A program made the position numbers and the translations under genes. DNA of 64,000 nucleotides from an uncultured Gammaproteobacteria bacterium. GTDB taxonomy: Bacteria; Pseudomonadota; Gammaproteobacteria; UBA6002. The notes below the pieces were generated by a model. The model had not been told where the DNA came from, searched no databases, and saw only the letters and a list, made by a program, of their open reading frames with translations. Shown here piece by piece: positions 1-10,440 of this stretch (the stretch's first letter is position 1; the number at the start of each line of letters is the position of its first letter). The stretch is from positions 105,391 to 169,390 of the forward strand of contig CAVPKM010000017.1 in the NCBI GenBank assembly GCA_963705725.1. Direction: 5' to 3'.

Positions 1-181
1 GGTTCATGGATATGGAAAGAAAGTTAGTATATTCAATGCGTGTCGGATCATTCTCAATTAACTTCTCATATTTTTTTATTAATCTCTTAATTTCTTCAGT
101 GTTATGATGAATAATTGCCGTTTCCATTTTGCTTAAATCCGCATTCACTCGCTGTAGTGGGGGTTTTTCTTTTTTAAACAT
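1..181 (-). CDS. 5' part of a hypothetical protein running off the window (MFKKEKPPLQRVNADLSKMETAIIHHNTEEIKRLIKKYEKL...)
   Basis: ATG at 181 preceded by GCGGAAAG; frame open toward the left edge on manual translation; family not recognised. Confidence 0.55.
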   Translation of the reverse strand, partial: MFKKEKPPLQRVNADLSKMETAIIHHNTEEIKRLIKKYEKLIENDPTRIEYTNFLSISMN

Positions 182-235
182 TTCAACTTTCCGCCATTAA
201 ATTATTATTTTTTATTCAATTATAGCGCATCTTTG

Positions 236-464
236 AGTCAAGGAGGCAAAAACAGTCAGATTTTCACCATCTCTCGAACAATATCCGGTAAGGATTGAGT
301 TGCTGTTTGCTCTTGAAGTTTCTGGATAAGTTGGATGAATTTCTTGGTCATTTGCTCAACGTAATCTCTGTCAAGCAATAAGCGGCAGACCTCGTTGCGA
401 TACGATCAGGGTTGGCATGCTGTTGGATGAGTTCGGTGACAATACGTTCTCGTTCTTCAGCAAT
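236..464 (-). pseudogene. Duplicated, degenerate 3' end of lpxB plus ~20 bp downstream (direct repeat of 2139..2362)
   Basis: Near-identical to 2139..2362, with a 1-bp deletion (ctcgttgcga vs ctcgtttgcga), a 6-bp duplication (cgttct x2) and several substitutions. Confidence 0.95.
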
Positions 465-493
465 TTTTTTCATCCTGATCCTTTTGCGGATTA

Positions 494-2074
494 TCAAAGG
501 TTTGGCCTTCTTCTGGGGTCGGAGCTTGTTTGTTTTTCGCATGCTAGTAATGAGATTAATTGCGGCGTATGTTGATTAATCTTACATCCCACCAAGCCGA
601 GTTGACCTCGATCATTATCTCCAAAAGCATAGAGCGAGCCATTCTCACATAGAACTAGGCTATAGCAAATACCAACTGCCATGAGAATAGGTTTTTTATC
701 TTGAAAAAAAGAAATGCATTGCGGCGTATTTCGAGAATAGTTATGTCCCAAACCGAGTTGACCATAACTATTAAATCCAAAAGCATAGAGCGAGCCATCC
801 TCACATAAAACTAGGCTATGCCAATAACCAGCTGCGATCAGAATAGGTTTTTTATCTTGAAAAAAAGAAATGAATTGCGGCGTATTTTGAAAATAAAAAT
901 GCCCCAAACCGAGTTGACCATAACTATTATCTCCAAAAGCATAGAGCGAGCCATCTTCACACAAAACTAGGTTATGCCGACCACTAGCTGCGATCAGAAT
1001 AGGTTTTTTATCTTGAAAAAAAGAAATGAATTGCGGCGTATGTTGATCATCAACATGCCCCAAGCCGAGTTGACCCTGATGATTATATCCAAAACCATAG
1101 AGCGAGCCATCCTCACATATAACTAGGCTATGCCAACAACCAACTGCCATGAGAATAGGTTTTTTATCTTGAAAAAAAGAAATGAATTGCGGCGTATTTT
1201 GATCATCAAAATGCCCCAAGCCGAGTTGACCTCGATCATTCTCTCCAAAAGCATAGAGCAAGCCATCCTCACACAAAACTAGGCTGTGATTATCGCCAAC
1301 TGCCATCAGAATAGGCTGTTTATCTTGAAAAAAAGAAATGCATTGTGGCGTATGTTGATCATCAAAATGCCCCAAGCCGAGTTGGCCCTTATTATTTCTT
1401 CCAAAAGCATAGAGCAAGCCATCCTCACATAAAACTAGGCTGTGATTATCGCCAACTACCATCAGAATAGGCTGTTTATCTTGAAAAAAAGAAATGAATT
1501 GCAGCGTAATTTGATTAGTACTGTGGCCTAATCCAAGCTGGCCATAATCATTCGAGCCACAACTCGAAAGCAAGCCATTTTGAAGCACAAGGGTATGGCT
1601 GCCACCTGCTGCGATAATCGTTTTTCGCCACTTCTTTGCTATCTCATTTTTTATATTTTCATCATGGTTGAAAAACCGGCTGGTACAAGCCAAATTTTGT
1701 AAACTCCCCAATGTCATATAGGAAGCCACATTATAAAGCAGAATATCAGCAGGAATGGGCGTCGCTTCGATTGCTCTATCAGGTGAGAAAGTCCATGCTA
1801 ATTGCTTTTGAAGCGCTTGAAGCCTCGAAACATATTGACTTAACGGTGCTTGCTGAATCATCCAGGTTATTTGATTACAAAGTGCTTCACCATCCGCATG
1901 GGATCCCGCCAATTCATAAGCAAGTAGCTTTCCATCAAAAGCATTTAATTCCCTGGCAATAGAATGACATAATTCCCTGTTTGTTCCTCTTAGCGTAATT
2001 ACGATCTCTCTGTAGATAGCGGACCAAAATGGATGAAGTGCTTCAGTTTCTGATAACATAGAGAAATTCCTCAT
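494..2074 (-). CDS. RCC1-repeat (7-blade) protein with an N-terminal F-box-like motif; candidate secreted effector
   Basis: Seven ~52-aa repeats G..HSLVLCEDG.LYAFG.N..GQLGLGH; F-box-like IPADILLYNVASYMTLGSLQNLACTSRFFN just before the repeats. Confidence 0.9.
   Translation of the reverse strand: MRNFSMLSETEALHPFWSAIYREIVITLRGTNRELCHSIARELNAFDGKLLAYELAGSHADGEALCNQITWMIQQAPLSQYVSRLQALQKQLAWTFSPDRAIEATPIPADILLYNVASYMTLGSLQNLACTSRFFNHDENIKNEIAKKWRKTIIAAGGSHTLVLQNGLLSSCGSNDYGQLGLGHSTNQITLQFISFFQDKQPILMVVGDNHSLVLCEDGLLYAFGRNNKGQLGLGHFDDQHTPQCISFFQDKQPILMAVGDNHSLVLCEDGLLYAFGENDRGQLGLGHFDDQNTPQFISFFQDKKPILMAVGCWHSLVICEDGSLYGFGYNHQGQLGLGHVDDQHTPQFISFFQDKKPILIAASGRHNLVLCEDGSLYAFGDNSYGQLGLGHFYFQNTPQFISFFQDKKPILIAAGYWHSLVLCEDGSLYAFGFNSYGQLGLGHNYSRNTPQCISFFQDKKPILMAVGICYSLVLCENGSLYAFGDNDRGQLGLVGCKINQHTPQLISLLACEKQTSSDPRRRPNL
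560..1615. repeat. Tandem 156-bp coding repeats (RCC1 blades)
   Basis: Recurrent tatcttgaaaaaaagaaatg and ccaaaagcatagagc at 156-bp spacing. Confidence 0.92.
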
Positions 2075-2138
2075 AAAAAATTGATTTTATTGATTAGAAA
2101 CATATTTTTTTTACATAATACATATATGGCGCATTGTC

Positions 2139-2362
2139 AGTCAAGGAGGCAAAAGCAGTCAGATTTGCACCATATCTCGAACAATATCGGATAAGGATTG
2201 AGTTGCTGTTTGCTCTTGAAGTTTCTGGATAAGTTGGATGAATTTCTTGGTCATTTGCTCAACGTAATTTCTGTCAAGCAATAAGCGGCAGACCTCGTTT
2301 GCGATACGATCAGGGTTGGCATCCTGTTGGATGAGTTCGGTGACAATACGTTCTTCGGCAAT
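2139..2362. repeat. Direct repeat copy containing the functional lpxB 3' end
   Basis: Matches 236..464. Confidence 0.95.
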
Positions 2363-3298
2363 AATATTGCATAAACCCACGTGAGGAGTATGAATAAGTA
2401 ATTTACCCAGAAAGTAAGTGAGTGGGGAAAGTTTATAAATGATAACCATGGGTCTTTTTAATAACGCCACTTCAAGCGTTGCGGTACCAGAAGCCACGAT
2501 TAACGCATCACAGGATGCCATCATGTTGTAATGAGATTGACAAATTGTGATGGATAAAGCCGTTTGTTTTAAAAAGGGCTGTAAATCCTTAGCGGTGAGT
2601 GTGGGGGCGAGGGGTAGGACAAAATGACTGTTAGGAAAGATTTTTTGTAAGTTTTCAGCTGCTTTAAGCATGACAGGAAGGAGGCGTGTTAACTCCCCCT
2701 TCCTACTTCCTGGCATGAGTCCAATTAGTTTGGTTTGAGCTGTCACCCCCATTGCCAGCCGGCTTTCTGAGGGGGAAGCATTGGCTGTTACCTGGGTAAC
2801 TAGTGGGTTGCCGACAAATTTGACAGGAATTTTTTGTTGTTGATAAATGGCGACTTCAAAAGGAAAAATCACTGCCATCAAGTCAATATATTTTTTGATA
2901 TGATAAATTCGATTGTAACGCCATGCCCAGAGCTGTGGACTGATATAATATAAAATTTTAATATTAGGATTGCTATTTTTAATTGCTTTAGCTAGGCGAA
3001 GGTTAAATCCCGGATAATCAATTAAAATAATTAATTGGGGTTCAAGTGTTTTGATCGCTGCTAAGATTTTTTTAAATGTCTTTTTAATAAGATTAAGCTT
3101 ACTGATCACTTCGACAAAACCGACAACAGCAAGCGGTGTTGAGTCGACGATAATTTTGGCACCAGCTGCTTTAAGCCCTTTGCCGCCCATTGCATAAAAT
3201 TGAATGAGAGAAGGTTGCAGTAGGTGGATTAAATGCGCCCCATGAAGATCTCCAGAGGCTTCTCCTGAAATAATAAAAACACGTGGATTTAAAGCCAT
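2159..3298 (-). CDS. lpxB: Lipid-A-disaccharide synthase
   Basis: GEASGDLHGA, IDYPGFNL, SPQLWAWR, PGSR and SGTATLE motifs. Confidence 0.97.
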   Translation of the reverse strand: MALNPRVFIISGEASGDLHGAHLIHLLQPSLIQFYAMGGKGLKAAGAKIIVDSTPLAVVGFVEVISKLNLIKKTFKKILAAIKTLEPQLIILIDYPGFNLRLAKAIKNSNPNIKILYYISPQLWAWRYNRIYHIKKYIDLMAVIFPFEVAIYQQQKIPVKFVGNPLVTQVTANASPSESRLAMGVTAQTKLIGLMPGSRKGELTRLLPVMLKAAENLQKIFPNSHFVLPLAPTLTAKDLQPFLKQTALSITICQSHYNMMASCDALIVASGTATLEVALLKRPMVIIYKLSPLTYFLGKLLIHTPHVGLCNIIAEERIVTELIQQDANPDRIANEVCRLLLDRNYVEQMTKKFIQLIQKLQEQTATQSLSDIVRDMVQI

Positions 3299-3300
3299 AT

Positions 3301-4278
3301 TTAGCTCTTAGAAGCAAAGCCGGCGGCTTCATCACGAGCAAGTTGTTCAGCAACAATGCGAGTAATTTCAACGGCAGTGGCTAGAGCGCGCTTTCCTTCT
3401 TCTCCTGTTACTACAGGAGGGGTAAGGGTTTGTATTGAATTCAAAAAAGCTGCGATCTCATCCATCAAGGCATCACCTTGTTCAAAGGCTTGTTCTTCAC
3501 TGATAATTTCCGGGATGCCAGGAAACATTTCACTGACCCCCTTGCGGTGGATGGCAAGCTCCTTGGTGTGAAGATCAAGAGAAATAAATGCATCATGCTG
3601 AAAAATTCTAAGCTTACGTTCAACTTTAAAGCTTACTCGGCTGGCAGTCACATTCGCCACGCAGCCATTTTCGAATTGTAATCTGACATTGGCAATATCA
3701 ATATGAGAGGATAAAACTGATGCGCCATTTGCGTGAATGTTAGTGATGGGCGAGTTAACAATACGTTGAATAATATCGATATCATGAATCATTAAATCAA
3801 GGACGACATTGATATCGGTGCCACGTGGCTTAAATGGCGCTAGCCTGATTGATTCTATAAAACGCGGATTGTCTAAAATCGTATCCAGCGCAACTAATAC
3901 GGTATTGAAACGCTCTAAATGTCCAATTTGAAAAACTCTAGCATGTTGATTCGCAATTTCGATTAAGCTTTCTGCTTCTTGAACCGTTGAAGCGATCGGT
4001 TTTTCAAGAAGAACATGAACATTATTTTCAAGAAAAAATTTGGCGATCGGATAATGAAGGAAAGTGGGAACTGCAATGCTAACAGCATCGATTTTACCGA
4101 GTAGTTTAGTATAGTCTGTTAACGCAGTCACATTATGCTGCCTGGCAATCACTTGGCAACGCTCCTCGTGAATATCACAAACAGCAATTAACTTTGATTG
4201 AGGAAGCAGGGCAAATTTTTCGGCATGAAATTTGCCTAAATATCCGACACCGATTACAGCAGTTCTGATTTTATTCAT
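3301..4278 (-). CDS. Gfo/Idh/MocA oxidoreductase, probably a GnnA-like UDP-GlcNAc 3-dehydrogenase
   Basis: GVGYLG, EKP, GHLERFN and DLMIHDID motifs; 2 bp upstream of lpxB. Confidence 0.85.
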   Translation of the reverse strand: MNKIRTAVIGVGYLGKFHAEKFALLPQSKLIAVCDIHEERCQVIARQHNVTALTDYTKLLGKIDAVSIAVPTFLHYPIAKFFLENNVHVLLEKPIASTVQEAESLIEIANQHARVFQIGHLERFNTVLVALDTILDNPRFIESIRLAPFKPRGTDINVVLDLMIHDIDIIQRIVNSPITNIHANGASVLSSHIDIANVRLQFENGCVANVTASRVSFKVERKLRIFQHDAFISLDLHTKELAIHRKGVSEMFPGIPEIISEEQAFEQGDALMDEIAAFLNSIQTLTPPVVTGEEGKRALATAVEITRIVAEQLARDEAAGFASKS

Positions 4279-4444
4279 TCAGATAGGTTACCTCGATATT
4301 AATTTCGCTAAGCGCCATAAATTATGGATAAATATTTGAGTTGATAAGTATCTATGATAAATTCGCGAAATGGTCGCACTTTTTTTGCACATAATCAATG
4401 TGTATCTCTAGCTTCCCTCACGAAGGGTCGAGTTTCTTAATATA

Positions 4445-5083
4445 TTGAAAACCAGGAATCAGTCATTGTCTAATAAAAAAATAAAAAATTCCTGCTTGAT
4501 TGCTGGTGTGGATGAAGCAGGTCGAGGGCCTTTAGCCGGGCCTGTGGTAGCGGCCGCAGTGATTTTAAACCATCAAAAGCCCATTAAAGGATTGGCCGAT
4601 TCAAAAACCCTAACGGAAAAAAAACGGAAAGAACTTTACGATAAAATTGTTGAAAATAGTCTTTCATGGAGTGTCGGGCGGGCTGAGGTCGAAGAAATTG
4701 ATACAATTAATATCTTGCAAGCAAGTTTACTTGCAATGCGCCGTGCCGTTCTTGGATTGTCTATCAGACCAACAGAAGTATTGGTAGACGGGAATATTTG
4801 TCCAGAAATTCCTTATCCAGTTAGTGCTATTATTGCGGGTGATCAATTCGTTCAAGAAATTAGCGCCGCTTCTATCATCGCTAAGGTCACGAGAGATAAA
4901 GAAATGATAACTTTAGATGCAATTTATCCAAATTATGGTTTTGCGAGGCATAAGGGATATTCCACAAAGGAACATGTAGATAATCTCAATCATTACGGTG
5001 CAACAGAGATACATCGACGTTCGTTTGAACCGGTAAGACGAGTGGTGGAGCAGGGAATCTTGGCACTCGACAGTGACTCATGA
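4445..5083 (+). CDS. rnhB: Ribonuclease HII
   Basis: [32 protein letters not shown] and HRRSF motifs. Confidence 0.97.
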   Translation: MKTRNQSLSNKKIKNSCLIAGVDEAGRGPLAGPVVAAAVILNHQKPIKGLADSKTLTEKKRKELYDKIVENSLSWSVGRAEVEEIDTINILQASLLAMRRAVLGLSIRPTEVLVDGNICPEIPYPVSAIIAGDQFVQEISAASIIAKVTRDKEMITLDAIYPNYGFARHKGYSTKEHVDNLNHYGATEIHRRSFEPVRRVVEQGILALDSDS

Positions 5084-8000
5084 CAGCGAAATTTATTCAT
5101 CTCAGCATCCATACCGAATATTCACTCATCGATGGGTTGCCTCGAATCAAGCAATTGATTGATGCCGCTAAGCGTTTGAAAATGCCGGCAATTGCCATAA
5201 CTGATCATTGTAATTTATTTGGCATGGTAAAATTTTATCGAGCGGCGATTGATGCAGGTTTGAAGCCGATTATAGGGGCAGATATATTAATCCATAATGA
5301 AACCACTAACCATGAACCCTATCGCTTGATTTTGCTCTGTCAAAATCAAATTGGATATCAAAATTTAACGCAGCTGGTTTCAAAAAGTTATTTACACCAA
5401 GAATATGGAGTGGGAGTCATTCATAAAGAATGGCTGCTGGGATTATCTGAGGGGCTCTTGGCATTGTCAGGTGGTATGAATGGAGACATTGGCCAGGCGC
5501 TTTTAAAAAATGAAACCGCGCAAGCAGAAGCCTGTTTAGCTTTTTGGTTAGCACAATTCAAAGATCGATTTTATATCGAGTTACAACGAATAGGCTTGAT
5601 TCAAGAAGAAGACTACAATCAAGCAGCAATGCTTCTCGCAGAGAAACACCAAATTCCACTGGTTGCGACCAATAATGTGAGATTTATTGATTCTGACGAT
5701 TTTGAGGCGCATGAAGCGCGAGTTTGTATCCATCAAGGCAGGGTGTTAGAAGATCCCAAAAGACCGCGTATTTATCGTCCCGAGCAATTTTTGCGTTCTG
5801 CTGAAGAGATGACGCATTGCTTTCAAGATATACCTGAAGCGATCAAAAACACCGTAGTGATTGCAAAAAAATGTAATTTCAAGCTGCAATTGGGAAGAGT
5901 TTGTTTGCCCAATTTTCCATTGCCGGAAAACATTTCATTAGATGACTATTTTATTTCTTTAGCTAATCAGGGTCTTGATCAGCGGCTGGCAAAAATTTAT
6001 CCAGATGAAATAAAACGTGAAGAAGTTGCCGATAAATATCATCAACGGCTAGAAATGGAATTGGCTGTGATTATAAAAATGGGTTTTCAAGGCTATTTTT
6101 TAATTGTTGCTGATTTTATCGAATGGTCAAAAAAGAATCGCATTCCTGTTGGTCCTGGACGAGGGTCGGGTCCGGGTTCCTTAGTCGCCTATTCACTGGG
6201 TATTACCGAATTAGATCCGCTTAATTTCGACCTGCTATTTGAACGATTTCTTAACCCTGAACGTGCTTCGATGCCGGATTTTGACATTGATTTTTGCATG
6301 GAAGGACGCGATCGGGTAATCGAATATGTGGCCAGTAAATATGGAAAAGAAAGTGTATCTCAAATCATTACTTATGGCTCAATGGCGGCACGTGCGGTAG
6401 TCAGAGATGTGGGAAGAATTTTAGCTCACCCCTATGGCTTTGTCGATAAACTAGCTAAGTTGATTCCTTTTGAAGTTGGGATGACGTTGAAAAAAGCGTT
6501 AAATCAAGATGAGACCTTGCATCAACGTTATCATGAAGAGGAAGAAGTCAAAGCCTTGATAGATTTGGCTTTAAAGTTAGAAGGATTGCCTCGAAATGCG
6601 GGTAAGCATGCAGGCGGCGTGGTGATTGCACCATCAGTATTAACCGATTTTACCCCGCTTTATTGTGAAGCAGGAGGAGAAAATTTAGTTACTCAATTGG
6701 ACAAAGATGATGTTGAAGCAGTAGGCCTCGTTAAATTTGACTTTTTAGGGCTTCGTACCTTGACCATCATCGATTGGGCGCTGCAAACCATCAATGCAAA
6801 GCGAAAATCTGATCCCTTGGAAATCGCTTCCATACCCATGGATGACGAAAAAGTGTTTGAATTACTTTGTAGAGGGAATACTACAGCGGTTTTTCAGCTT
6901 GAATCACGAGGAATGAAAGATTTAATTAAAAAACTACAGCCGGTTTCTTTCCATGATATTGTGCCCTTAGTTGCATTATTTCGACCCGGCCCCTTGCAGT
7001 CAGGAATGGTAGAAGACTTTATTAGTCGAAGACATGGTCGCGCAAAAATTGAGTATCCCCATCCCGCTTTAGAGCCCGTATTAAAATCTACTTATGGCGT
7101 CATTCTTTATCAAGAACAAGTCATGCAAATTACGCAGGTGCTTGCCGGCTATACCCTAGGTAGAGCAGATTTGCTAAGACGGGCGATGGGTAAGAAGAAA
7201 CCAGAGGAAATGGCAAAACAACGAGCAGGATTTGTTTCTGGAGCACGTGAGCGGGGAGTAAAAGAGCAAGTCGCTAGTCATATTTTTGACTTAATGGAAA
7301 AGTTTGCAGGCTATGCTTTTAATAAACCGCATTCTGCTGCTTATGCCTTGCTGTCTTATCAAACCGCATGGCTTAAGACGCGCTATCCAGCTGAATATAT
7401 GGCCGCCGTATTGTCCGCTGATATGGACCATACAGATAAAGTGGTGCGCCTTATTGAAGATAGTAAGAGTTTAGGATTAAAAATTTCTCCTCCTTGTATC
7501 AACGTTAGTGATTATCGATTTACTGTGGGTAAAGCAGGAGAGATTGTCTATGGTTTGGGCGCGATTAAAGGGGTAGGTCAATCTGCACTGGAAAATTGTT
7601 TAGAAAGTCGTGCATCAATCGGACCTTTTAAAAACTTATTTGATTTTTGTCGCCGAATTGATGCGCGTAGGGTGAATCGTCGCGTGCTCGAATCGCTTAT
7701 CCGATCTGGGTCGTTTGATTGTTTTGGCATTTCTCGGGCAATGCTACTTGCCACTTTAGATAAAGCGCTAATGCGGGCTGAGCAAACCAATAAAAATGAG
7801 GAAGTCGGGCAACAAGATTTATTTATATCCCTTCACCAAGCAGGGATTGAGATAGAAGAGATAGATTATGTCCACGTGCCGGAATGGTCAGATGAAATCC
7901 GGTTGCAAGGAGAAAAAGAAACCTTAGGGGGGTATTTAACGGGTCATCCCATGGACAGATATGAATCAGAACTTAGTCAATTGGTCAGCGCTAAAATCTT

Positions 8001-8532
8001 GGACATTAAACCCAATAAGGAAAAAACAATAACCATAGCGGGGTTGGTTTTAGGAATAAAGCCAATCTTTACGAAGAAAGGCAATCGTATGGGAGTGCTG
8101 ACTTTAGATGATCGTAGTGGGCGGATTGAAATAATCGTATTTTCTGAACTTTTTGCAGAATGTAGAGAATTGATAGAAACCGAAGCGTTTCTTGTCGTTG
8201 AAGGTGAAGTCAGTATCGATGCCTATACAGAAAGCTATCGAATGACAGCCCGAAAAATACTCGGACTAGAACAACTAAGAAACCAAGCGAAAAGTATTCA
8301 ATTAACCTTGTTTGCTGAAAACTGCAATGCTGAGAAAATTCGATGCTTAACGGATGTGCTTGCTGCCCATCGTGGCGGTCAAAGTCAAGTAGATATTTTT
8401 TATAAGCGAGAAACAGGTAGTGCCCAGATAACTTTGGGTAAGGAATGGAAAGTTCGTATTACCGCTTCACTCATTAACCAGCTGCAAGAAATTTTTAATT
8501 TAAATATAGAATTATTATCAGTAATTTATTAA
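5080..8532 (+). CDS. dnaE: DNA polymerase III alpha subunit
   Basis: PHP domain HTEYS..DG, GPGRGS, PDFDIDF, KFDFLGL; follows rnhB. Confidence 0.98.
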   Translation: MTAKFIHLSIHTEYSLIDGLPRIKQLIDAAKRLKMPAIAITDHCNLFGMVKFYRAAIDAGLKPIIGADILIHNETTNHEPYRLILLCQNQIGYQNLTQLVSKSYLHQEYGVGVIHKEWLLGLSEGLLALSGGMNGDIGQALLKNETAQAEACLAFWLAQFKDRFYIELQRIGLIQEEDYNQAAMLLAEKHQIPLVATNNVRFIDSDDFEAHEARVCIHQGRVLEDPKRPRIYRPEQFLRSAEEMTHCFQDIPEAIKNTVVIAKKCNFKLQLGRVCLPNFPLPENISLDDYFISLANQGLDQRLAKIYPDEIKREEVADKYHQRLEMELAVIIKMGFQGYFLIVADFIEWSKKNRIPVGPGRGSGPGSLVAYSLGITELDPLNFDLLFERFLNPERASMPDFDIDFCMEGRDRVIEYVASKYGKESVSQIITYGSMAARAVVRDVGRILAHPYGFVDKLAKLIPFEVGMTLKKALNQDETLHQRYHEEEEVKALIDLALKLEGLPRNAGKHAGGVVIAPSVLTDFTPLYCEAGGENLVTQLDKDDVEAVGLVKFDFLGLRTLTIIDWALQTINAKRKSDPLEIASIPMDDEKVFELLCRGNTTAVFQLESRGMKDLIKKLQPVSFHDIVPLVALFRPGPLQSGMVEDFISRRHGRAKIEYPHPALEPVLKSTYGVILYQEQVMQITQVLAGYTLGRADLLRRAMGKKKPEEMAKQRAGFVSGARERGVKEQVASHIFDLMEKFAGYAFNKPHSAAYALLSYQTAWLKTRYPAEYMAAVLSADMDHTDKVVRLIEDSKSLGLKISPPCINVSDYRFTVGKAGEIVYGLGAIKGVGQSALENCLESRASIGPFKNLFDFCRRIDARRVNRRVLESLIRSGSFDCFGISRAMLLATLDKALMRAEQTNKNEEVGQQDLFISLHQAGIEIEEIDYVHVPEWSDEIRLQGEKETLGGYLTGHPMDRYESELSQLVSAKILDIKPNKEKTITIAGLVLGIKPIFTKKGNRMGVLTLDDRSGRIEIIVFSELFAECRELIETEAFLVVEGEVSIDAYTESYRMTARKILGLEQLRNQAKSIQLTLFAENCNAEKIRCLTDVLAAHRGGQSQVDIFYKRETGSAQITLGKEWKVRITASLINQLQEIFNLNIELLSVIY

Positions 8533-8580
8533 TATATTTGATTTAAGCTAATTCAATACAAATGCAGCGGGGAATTCGGT

Positions 8581-10440
8581 ATGTTAGAGCAATATAGCCA
8601 GCTTAACTTGGAGCTAATTAAAAAAATCTATAATGAAAATATTGGCAGCGATCTGCTTTTAGGTGAAATTATTGATTTAGGCTTTTTTGCAGATTGCCCC
8701 GACCTCTTTATCGCCACGTTTAAAGAAGCGCTTAGAAAAAATAATCAAATTACTAAAATAGGTCTAATTAAGCCTTCTTCGGAAGTTGCCGCTATCGTGT
8801 TACCTGTGTTACTTGATCCTGAAAACCATCTTTCCATTCTCGCTCTACACAATCCCCAAGAAGAAGCCATAGTGACGTTGCTGCCAATATTTGAAAATTT
8901 AAATAGTAAAATAGAAATTTTAGATTTAAGCCAAACGTTAGAAGGAAGTGAAGGGGCACTGCCAGTTGTTACGCGTTTAGGAGAAGCATTAAAAAATAGA
9001 CATTGTCAGATTACTCAACTGAATCTGTATATTCAGCCTATGGGGTCTGCCATGATACTTGCTAATTATCTGAAACATATCAGGCAAATTCATACCCTGA
9101 GCTTTTTTGAGCCCACGGAGGAGGTGTTTGCAGCCTTTACGTCGGTTTTCAGTGATGAAAATGGTTCAAACAGAATCCGACGATTAGGGTTAGTGAATCC
9201 TTCGCTTATGGTAATCATCCATCTGAAGGCGGTGCTTTCGCATTGTAGTAGTATTGATCACCTTGAACTCGATAGTCTTACAACAGAAGTAATTCTGGCT
9301 CTCGTGCCTTCATTGTCGTCAAGCACTAATAAAGTGTTATCCTTAACATATCGAGGTAACGAACAGTCTTTATACTGGTTAGGTGAAGGATTAAAAAATT
9401 ATGTTGCGTCACCAGTTATTATCTTGCCCGATTCTCTGTCTTATTCACCTAATTGCCAAAATTATTTTCTCGAATTTAATAATCAGATAAAACAAAATCG
9501 AATAACCAGATCACAATATCAACCTCCATTAACAGCTGTTCCTCCGATAAATTCTTATCAAATTATCAACCAAATGACTTCACAAGTGCCAACGACTGAG
9601 CCACCTACTCATTTATCTCCTAGGCAACTAGCTGAAATTCAAATTGTTAACACAAACTCAGGTTATTACTATACCCCAGTTAAAACCTCAAACCCAAGTT
9701 CCGCTCCGGAACCTGTAAAAATTTTTGATCCAATTAAGGTCAGGGAGGTGGTTCAAAGATTACGTGGTAATCAACATATCCATGATGACTGCACTGCACT
9801 GGCTAAGCGCCTCATTGAATACTTCCAGACAGGTAAAATGCCTACCTGCGCCGCCAAAAAAGAAGAGGCAAATTTATTACTCAAGTTGTCGACTATTGAG
9901 GGAGTGGATGAAGGTTGGTCCTACGACATAGTAACAGATCTGGATATTGTGCGAAGCAAAAGCAAGTTCCCCAATATTCCCTGTAATATAGATACGCCGA
10001 CAACTCCAGGGGGTAGTGATGACCTACAAGCGCCTTTTGTTGTTAATGAAAATGAGTACACGCCAGCAGGAATGCACTATGAGGAATTGGACGACTACCT
10101 TAAGCAACTTGCAGCCAATGAAGAAGACGAAATTATTTTTGGCACAGTCATTTTGAATAGATGTGGACTTTTTGTTAGAGCAGATGGCCATGTGCTAGTG
10201 GTTTGTGCGACACCTGATGAAACTTGGTATGTGGATCCTCAATTTTATGATGGCAGCACACATTATGATAGGGGATGCATCTTCAATCGTTTAGTGGATG
10301 CTTTTTCATTCGGCGATCAAGGTGACTTAACTATAAACACTTTTGGTGAATATGTATTTTTTCTCCCAGCCTTTAAGGCCGGGTCAGAATATCGGCCAAT
10401 GGATATTGATGAAAATAACTTACCAAGACCGTCATTCTAA
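8581..10440 (+). CDS. Hypothetical effector-like protein: leucine-rich-repeat-like N-terminus, P/S/T linker, putative papain-fold C-terminus
   Basis: Repeated I..L.L spacing in the first ~280 aa; C-terminal DDCTALA...GHVLVV...WYVDPQ. Confidence 0.7.
   Translation: MLEQYSQLNLELIKKIYNENIGSDLLLGEIIDLGFFADCPDLFIATFKEALRKNNQITKIGLIKPSSEVAAIVLPVLLDPENHLSILALHNPQEEAIVTLLPIFENLNSKIEILDLSQTLEGSEGALPVVTRLGEALKNRHCQITQLNLYIQPMGSAMILANYLKHIRQIHTLSFFEPTEEVFAAFTSVFSDENGSNRIRRLGLVNPSLMVIIHLKAVLSHCSSIDHLELDSLTTEVILALVPSLSSSTNKVLSLTYRGNEQSLYWLGEGLKNYVASPVIILPDSLSYSPNCQNYFLEFNNQIKQNRITRSQYQPPLTAVPPINSYQIINQMTSQVPTTEPPTHLSPRQLAEIQIVNTNSGYYYTPVKTSNPSSAPEPVKIFDPIKVREVVQRLRGNQHIHDDCTALAKRLIEYFQTGKMPTCAAKKEEANLLLKLSTIEGVDEGWSYDIVTDLDIVRSKSKFPNIPCNIDTPTTPGGSDDLQAPFVVNENEYTPAGMHYEELDDYLKQLAANEEDEIIFGTVILNRCGLFVRADGHVLVVCATPDETWYVDPQFYDGSTHYDRGCIFNRLVDAFSFGDQGDLTINTFGEYVFFLPAFKAGSEYRPMDIDENNLPRPSF

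Noticed and set aside
348-542. 64-aa ORF containing ERIVTELIQQ.ANPDRIA
   Set aside because: It is the decayed duplicate of the lpxB 3' end read from a chance start, not a gene
560-1615. Possible CRISPR array or diversity-generating retroelement
   Set aside because: Repeats are in-frame 156-bp coding units without spacers; variation is not confined to adenines; no cas or reverse transcriptase gene in the window
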